A stretch of 64,000 nt of DNA from the human T2T-CHM13v2.0 reference genome, Homo sapiens. Where the stretch lies: NCBI RefSeq assembly GCF_009914755.1, contig NC_060942.1, one strand, 5' to 3'. The position numbers were made by a program, and so were the translations under genes. The stretch's first letter is position 1; each line of letters starts with the position of its first letter. Of this stretch, positions 57,146-64,000 are shown piece by piece. The notes beneath the pieces are model-generated. The model made no database searches, was not told the DNA's origin, and was given only the letters and a program-made list of their open reading frames with translations.

Positions 57146-58999
57146 CTTAGATCATTTTACTAGTATATTTCATCTGGATTGCTGCAGTGGTCAATATTGA
57201 TTACTATAGTAATCAATAATCTTATTCTAAATCCTCAATACAAGCCTTAATAATGCTAATATGATCATAGTATGGTCTGCTTAAAATCCTTAACAGCTGC
57301 TGTTGACCACCAGCAAAAGTCCAAATTCTGTTGCAGGTTGTATAAAGTCATTGAAAACGTGGTTTCTATCAAGCCCTCCAGTTTCATCTCTCTGTAAACA
57401 CAGGATGACATTTTAAAATTTTACCTAAACTGAACTGTGCTGAGTTCCAAAAATCTGGTATAAATGTCTCTTCCAGGTGTTTGAACATGTCATTTATTCT
57501 GCCTAGTTGTCCTCGCCCATCAAAACCTTCTCTTACTTTCCTAAGTTTTACACATCCTTTAGTTCTTGTCCTAGATATCACCTCCTCCAGGAAGACTTCT
57601 TTGACCCAGGAATGGAATAAGTGTATTTCCCATGTACAACCATATTTTAAAAAAATCAGAATCATTGTCACATTGCACTAAAATATCACCTTCTACCCAA
57701 GAGTATAAATTCTCAGGGCAGAGAACTGTTTTATTTATCACCGTATTCCTGACTCACTACAGTAGTACACTATTGGGAGGTAAATGTTTCTTAAATGGTC
57801 CATGTATATGTTAATACTTTGGGGGAGAGTTGTACAAACATGATCTAATGAGAATGATGGGGATGATAACTGGTGCATATAACTTCAAAGTCTGTGAACA
57901 ACTTTACCATGGGATAGCTCAGGTAATTTAACCTTTACACTCATCTTGATAAGTAGATCTTTTAGGAAACCATATGTATTTTACAACTGAAAAACAAAAC
58001 AGAAACTCAATGAAACTAAAATGTTTGTCTGATATTAGAGGTATCGATACATTTAGATTTTTTTTTTTTTTGATAGAGAAATGGTCTTTTTCCTTTAATT
58101 GTTTGGAAGTGAGAAGAAAGCTACTCTTAGTCTTGAATCTGACAAAAACCTCACAAGAATGTGATTTACTATTATACAAGGTGGCTCTGTCTTTATTCCT
58201 CCATGGCGTCTGTGTCTATTTTATATTCTGCCCAAGAATGTTAATACTAGCTGCTGTCGTTTTCAACAATATTAAGGTAGTTATCCCAAATCCGCCACAG
58301 TCAGAGTCCCCTCAAGGCCTGGCCCAGTGTGCATGAAGACAGTTCTGGTATAGTCATCGCCTTTGCCGGGAACCGTGGAGTGGGGAGAGGACAGCTCCCA
58401 GCAGCCCGTGGGCTCCATTCTAGTGAATAATTCATTAGCATTGCTCAGGAATATCCTTCCACTGATTACTTGCTTTTATCTACCCATTTATCTTCATTAA
58501 AGATTTTATTTCCTTTCAAATACTTGTTTCCAATTTTCCTATTTAAAGCTGTTTTTCCCTGGCTGTGAGGTTTTAGATACACCCTTTTTGTGCTCATACC
58601 AATGTTAACCACAAATTCCCAGTGCAATGAAACTTTAAATCCTAAAATTGCTCTCACTATTGAGGTATAACCAAATGTCACAATGTTCAGTCTTGATATC
58701 ATTAGTGAATGGTATACACTAATGGAAATTAGCTCTCTGGTCAACTATTGTGACCCTTCACTAGAGACTTCTTTTACATGAAGGTAATGATTAGTCTTCC
58801 CTTGCCAAGGACACATTTCAATTTACATAGCTGAACTTCTAAACAAATTAAGAGTGATTTGGTAAGTAAATGTTTGAGTGCTTACATTCTAAAATTATAA
58901 AAAATACATATTCACTAGCCAGTGTAAATTTTATTTTCCTTCCCTCTATCTTAATGATGTTGAGGGAATATTGAATATTGTTTTGTTATGTGTGCTTTT

Positions 59000-59592
59000 T
59001 TTTAAATTTTATTATTATTATACTTTAAGTTTTAGGGTACATGTGCACAATGTGCAGGTTAGTTACATATGTATACATGTGTCATGCTGGTGTGCTGCAC
59101 CCATTAACTCGTCATTTAGCATTAGGTATATAACCTAATGCTATCCCTCCCCCCTCCCCCCTCCCCCCACCCCACAACAGTCCCCAGAGTGTGATGTTCC
59201 CCTTCCTGTGTCCATGTGTTCTCATTGTTCAATTCCCACCTATGAGTGAGAATATGCGGTGTTTGGTTTTTTGTCCTTGCGATAGTTTACTGAGAATGAT
59301 GATTTCCAATTTCATCCACGTCCCTACAAAGGACATGAACTCATCATTTTTTTATGGCTGTATAGTATTCCATGGTGTATATGTGTCACATTTTCTTAAT
59401 CCAGTCTATCATTGTTGGACATTTGGGTTGGTTCCAAGTCTTTGCTATTGTGAATAGTGCTGCAGTAAACATACGTGTGCATGTGTCTTTATAGCAGCAT
59501 GATTTATAGTCCTTTGGGTATATACCCAGTAATGGGACGGCTGGGTCAAATGGTATTTCTAGTTCTAGATCCCTGAGGAATCGCCACACTGA
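59000..59592 (-). mobile_element. 5'-truncated young L1PA 3' end
   Basis: L1PA 3' UTR plus ORF2 C-terminus (WRFLRDLELEIPFDPAVPLLGIYPKDYKSCCYKDTC); TSD gtgcttt. Confidence 0.93.
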
Positions 59593-60441
59593 GTGCTTTA
59601 TTTCATTTTAACATGCTCAGGGTTATTACGGCTCTGGTGCCATAATCTTTTTATCTTGTGCTGAGTTTCTAACCTTATAATTTTACTAATGATGACTATG
59701 ATTAGTGGGAAAATTACCACTGGTAATATTTGAGTTAATTTCTCCTAACCTTTTACTGAAGGTGGGTACCATGTTGCCAGTATCCAAACTACCATGAGCT
59801 TTGAAAAAATCATTGTAAGTTAATTAAGTTGCTTGACTAATTTCCTTAATAGCCTGGGGTATTTGTCATTCAGATCTATTGCTTGATATATATCCATGTT
59901 TCCCAAGCATTTTCTCACTTATTCTTTCTAAATAGCAATTTTTACAGTCTTCATCAGTTCCTAATTGTTTAAATTTATCTTCTTTCATTATACCTGCTAA
60001 CAACTAATTTTAAAATGAGTTAATTTTTCCTGCTATTTTAGAGTTGTCATTATATCTTATCTCTTTTGTTTATAACAGGATTTAAATTATTCCAGTATAT
60101 TTTGCATTTGGTTTTAAGAACAGCTAAAATAGCCTTTGCTTGTACTTAGTATGATCCATAACTAAAATTGGGCATTTCAAGAATAAAAGTTTTTTTTTTC
60201 TTTTTAAAAAGTGTTATGCAGTAACTTTTCATTTACAACATGTAAATAAAGAATGCGTTAAACATGCTGCTGAAGCTTGTAGCTCACTCAGCTCTCATTT
60301 TAAACGTATGTTACTGCCAATCAAACCAACATGGTTTACTCTGGTATCCTCACTAGAAATCTCCCTTGCCACTGACCCCCAACCCTCCAAAATCAGGTAC
60401 TAAGCAATGACATTTTAATTCCTTGGAAGTTACTTATTATA

Positions 60442-60951
60442 TATTACCCAGACGCTAGGGGCTCAGTACAGATCCCGTCGGTAGAGGTCTCCTTGCTTTC
60501 TGCACCAAAAGCCAATCACTGAGACAATGAGTATTGTTAGGGAAAAAGGCTTTGGGTGCTGCGACCTAGAGGATGGAAGATCAGTCTTAAATCCATCCAC
60601 CTGACCAACGAAAATCAGGGTTTTATATAGTAGGGAAGAAATGTACCTATGTGTAGGAAAAGAAATTGGGAAGGGATAAGGAAGAGGGGCTGCTCAACAG
60701 GAAACAGGTGGTCTGTTTCAGAGTCACGGTGGGTGAAGGGTCTGGCCTCTCATTGTTCAGAGATCTGGTGAGTTTCAGCTCCTTGATACTATCTGGGAGG
60801 CCTGATGTTTGTTTTCCCGAGAAAGAAACTTAGGTAAGACAGATGGAGATACAGCTTTCTCAAGTTTTAAGAATGGGACGTTTAATTTTTATGTTTATTC
60901 AAAAAAAAACCCGGTAAACATTAGTTCTGACGGACAATCGGGCCAGTTTCA
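60442..60951 (-). mobile_element. ERV1 (MER4-group, LTR54-like) solo LTR
   Basis: aaagccaatcactgagacaatgagtattg ... ggacaatcgggccagtttca, homologous to 30771-31266. Confidence 0.75.
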
Positions 60952-61549
60952 CTAAGGCAATGTTTATCTTGATGAAAAGTGTTTATATCTTTGTATTTTA
61001 AGCTGTTCCATGTCACTTCTGTCTCTATTTGTTAATTTTAATGTTTGCATCCAAATGAATTTTAATATAAAAAATGTAAAATAAGATATTTTAAATTGTT
61101 ATATATCTGCAGAAGTATGCGTTTACTTTCTAAGTCTGAGTGCTGTAGAAGGCAGGGTCTGAATACATGAGTCTGCATTTGATGTTAGCAGAAAAGCGGG
61201 GAAGCGATGAACACGTGAGTCTAATTCTCACGTCTGAATTAATGTCTCCGGAAGAGCCCGTTAAGCCCAGGTGTACTCAGTAAGCGGCCTCTGAGCAGGG
61301 TTGTAACACTGCCATAATCCACGTCAAAAATGTCATTACAGACGGCTCACTAGGATATGAGCATTAAGCCACGGGGATCCTGACGCCGTGTCCATTTTTA
61401 ACTCTCATCCCTTATGAGTAAGGAGTTTGGGGCCACTCTCCCTCCTGCCCCAGTCTTCCAATTTCAAGCCTAAGCTGACCGCCCTGCATGACTGGACAAA
61501 ATATCTCCCCTCTTGGAGTCCCAAATTCACCCCCTTTTAGGCTTCAAGT

Positions 61550-61930
61550 CAAAGGCAGACCCCCGGTGCACCGGCCGGCAGACGAGGTGCCCGGGTCTCC
61601 TCCCGCTTTTGCGGTGGTTCAGCTCACCCCCGCCTCTGCCCGCGGTGCCCACCCTGGCTTCCCACCGCGCGGTCCCTCCGGCTCCGCTTCCATCTGGAGG
61701 AGCAGATTCCGCTTCCCTCACGGCTTCTCTCAGAATTGACAGTTTCACTAAAAACAAACAAAAAACGCCCCACACTAAAAACAAAACAAACAAACAAACC
61801 AAACAGTTACTATCTCCTTTCAGGGACAGCCCCAGACATCCCAGCCGGGCCTAGCGCTTCTCCCAGGGGCCAGAGCCTCTCCCTCAGGCAGCACGGGAGG
61901 CACTGGCGTGTCCCACCACCTGGCGTCAGC
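61550..61930 (-). promoter_or_regulatory. Small orphan CpG island with a minus-strand donor GGG|GTGAGC (61627-61622)
   Basis: CpG-rich, with a GC box and ETS-like GGAAG motifs on the minus strand; similar to the 37.8-kb island around the donor. Confidence 0.55.
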
Positions 61931-61999
61931 CAGGCCTGCCACACCTCATTTCCTTCTCATTCTCCCAACACATTCACTCAACAGCTCTTCCAGGCCCAA

Positions 62000-62316
62000 C
62001 TTTTTTTTTTTTTTTTTTTTTTTTGACAGAGTCACCCAGGCTGGAGTGCAATGGCACGATCTCGGCTCACTGCAACCTCCGCCTCCTGGGTTCAAGCGAG
62101 TCTCCTGCCCCACTTAGCCTCCCGAGTAGCTAAGATTACAGGCCTGCACCACCACACACACACACACAGCTATTTTTTTTTTTTTTTTAGTGGAGATGGA
62201 GGGGCGGGGGTCTCACCATGTTGGCCAGACTGGTTTTGAACTCCTGACCTCAAGTGATCCGCCCACCTCCGCCTCCCGAAATTCTGGGATTACAGGCGTG
62301 AGCCACGCGCCCAGCC
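62000..62316 (-). mobile_element. Alu (AluS-type) with an internal (CA)n expansion
   Basis: Alu body; TSD ccaggc(c/t)caacttt. Confidence 0.93.
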
Positions 62317-64000
62317 CCAGGCTCAACTTTTGATGTGACTTAAACATGCCCCCCTCCCTCCCCCTTTTCATGTCACCACAGTCACCCCTCAGTGCCAGCT
62401 GCTTGGGGAGGCATCATCCTGAGGGCACTCGTCACTGAGTCACAGAGTCCTGACAGCATGTGGGACCCGAGATCCATTCATCTGAACCGAGGGTGGCTTT
62501 TGCACCCATCCCTGCATGTCACCCAGGTCACTCTTGCCATTCTGTCACTTCCGTGCAGCAGCTGGAGAAATGGGGTCCAGGGTGATAGCCAGTTCTCCTC
62601 CTAGGTTTCCTTGTGAAACCCATTTTCCTTCCTCGCTTTCTCGTGTGTGTGCCCAGCCCTCCCAAGTTTTCATTTTCTTCCCGTTTTCAGTGCCCTACAG
62701 TTCCTCCTGACGCTCCGGGGTGTCTGATTGCCTCCGACTGGTGGGTACTACCCGGCTGTCATGTCCTTCTTTCTCAGTGTGCTCCCAAAATGTGGAACTA
62801 GAAGTTCTGCATGATATTTTACAACTGTTTATGTCACAGCAGAGGCATTTGTCTCGGGGCCCAATAGAACCTTGGTGTGGAGGAGTTGCTTTCCCTGCCC
62901 TATTCTATAGCATGTGGATTTTCTATTATTCTGATCAAGGTCACCTGTTCCTGGGGCTTGGTGCTTTGGGTCTCACTGCTTCTCATTCAGAATCGGAGCA
63001 ATTCATGGCGGGCCAGTCCTTCCCTGACAGTGAGGAAAGACTGTGTGGCCTGTGAAATTTTGAATACCTATCTGACAATAAATAGCAAGGCTGGAGTTGC
63101 ATACAGGGAAACATTTTTGAGTGCTATTAATATCTTAGAGTGGTTGGCAGATGTATTATTTCTGGAGATACCGCAGGGCAGAAAGTGGGTTAGGTACTCT
63201 TTTATGCACCGTGCACACACAAAATGTCAATGCTGTTCTAAAACAGGGAAGTGTGATTGGTGACAAGAACAAAGTAGTACAAGATGCAGAGGTTAATGCT
63301 GGGGAGAACCAAAGTAGAATGAAATAGAAAGCAAACTCTACACAGAAAATAGATCCTGCTCTGGATGTTATAAGAAAAACTTGAATTAGTCCTAAAACCT
63401 ATTACTTTAGAAAAATATATATGTTAGACTAGTACGAGAATGTGTGGTAGTCTATCAGGGACTACTGGGAAGGAGGGTCTTTTGATTGTTCAGCACCTCT
63501 GAGCCTTCCCCCACCCACACACTCACAGCCTCAGGTCGCTGGAAAATCCCAGCTGTGTCTTTGATCAATGATGGTAACTGGAACTGACCTCTTTACCTTA
63601 ATAACTCCCCCTCTCTTGCACTCTCTGGCTTTCCATGGTCATAGGGAAGGCTTAGCTCTGGACACAATCTGTGGCTCATGGTCAGATTCCCCCTAGCCCA
63701 GTCACCCTGGCAGCTTGGGCATGCCTCAAGGAATGGCTGTGTGTGCCTAAGTGAAGGACACTGAGCTTCCAGAATGCTTTGGCATTTGAAGCTCTGCCTA
63801 TCTGGGCATGGAGTGACAATATTTGAGCATCATACTGAGGAAGAAAGGCCACTCTTTCTCTCTAGCATCTAGAGAAACCATTTTCAGTCCAGAAATTATA
63901 GTGAGGTCTTCAGTCACTCTAACACCTGAAAAAACTGCTAGCAGCATGTGCTTCAATGAGCACAGGATCCTCAGGCACTGAACACGCTTTTCATTTTCCC

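Noticed and set aside
58466-58744. ORF ending NEDKWVDKSK, faintly like serpin exon 4 (INDWVAEKT)
   Set aside because: Only a few residues match and there is no upstream similarity.

Overview
Primate genomic DNA, almost certainly human (a young AluYa-type element is present), covering the SERPINB8 locus, which I recall as the distal end of the 18q21.3-q22.1 clade-B serpin cluster. The complete + strand gene is present: a CpG-island promoter, non-coding exon 1 (~5.0-5.2 kb) with a (CAG)2(CGG)8(CAG)6 tract, six coding exons (13350-22320; 1125 nt = 374 aa, all GT-AG), and several poly(A) signals. The rest is mostly repeats: Alu, L1, L2, MIR, CR1, MaLR/ERV LTRs, DNA transposons and a 7.2 kb decayed class-III provirus with a gamma-type env. 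The best new signal is a set of clade-B serpin duplication relics downstream: an unprocessed SERPINB9/B6-like exon 3 plus an exon-4 stub (39.1-39.8 kb), an inverted and still CpG-rich paralog of the SERPINB8 promoter/exon 1 (37.7-38.1 kb), and a related CpG island at 61.6 kb. Also seen: an L1 3' transduction in intron 1, two recursive-splice-type motifs, and several palindromic repair scars. All alignments were made by eye and repeat subfamily names are from memory, so both need computational confirmation.
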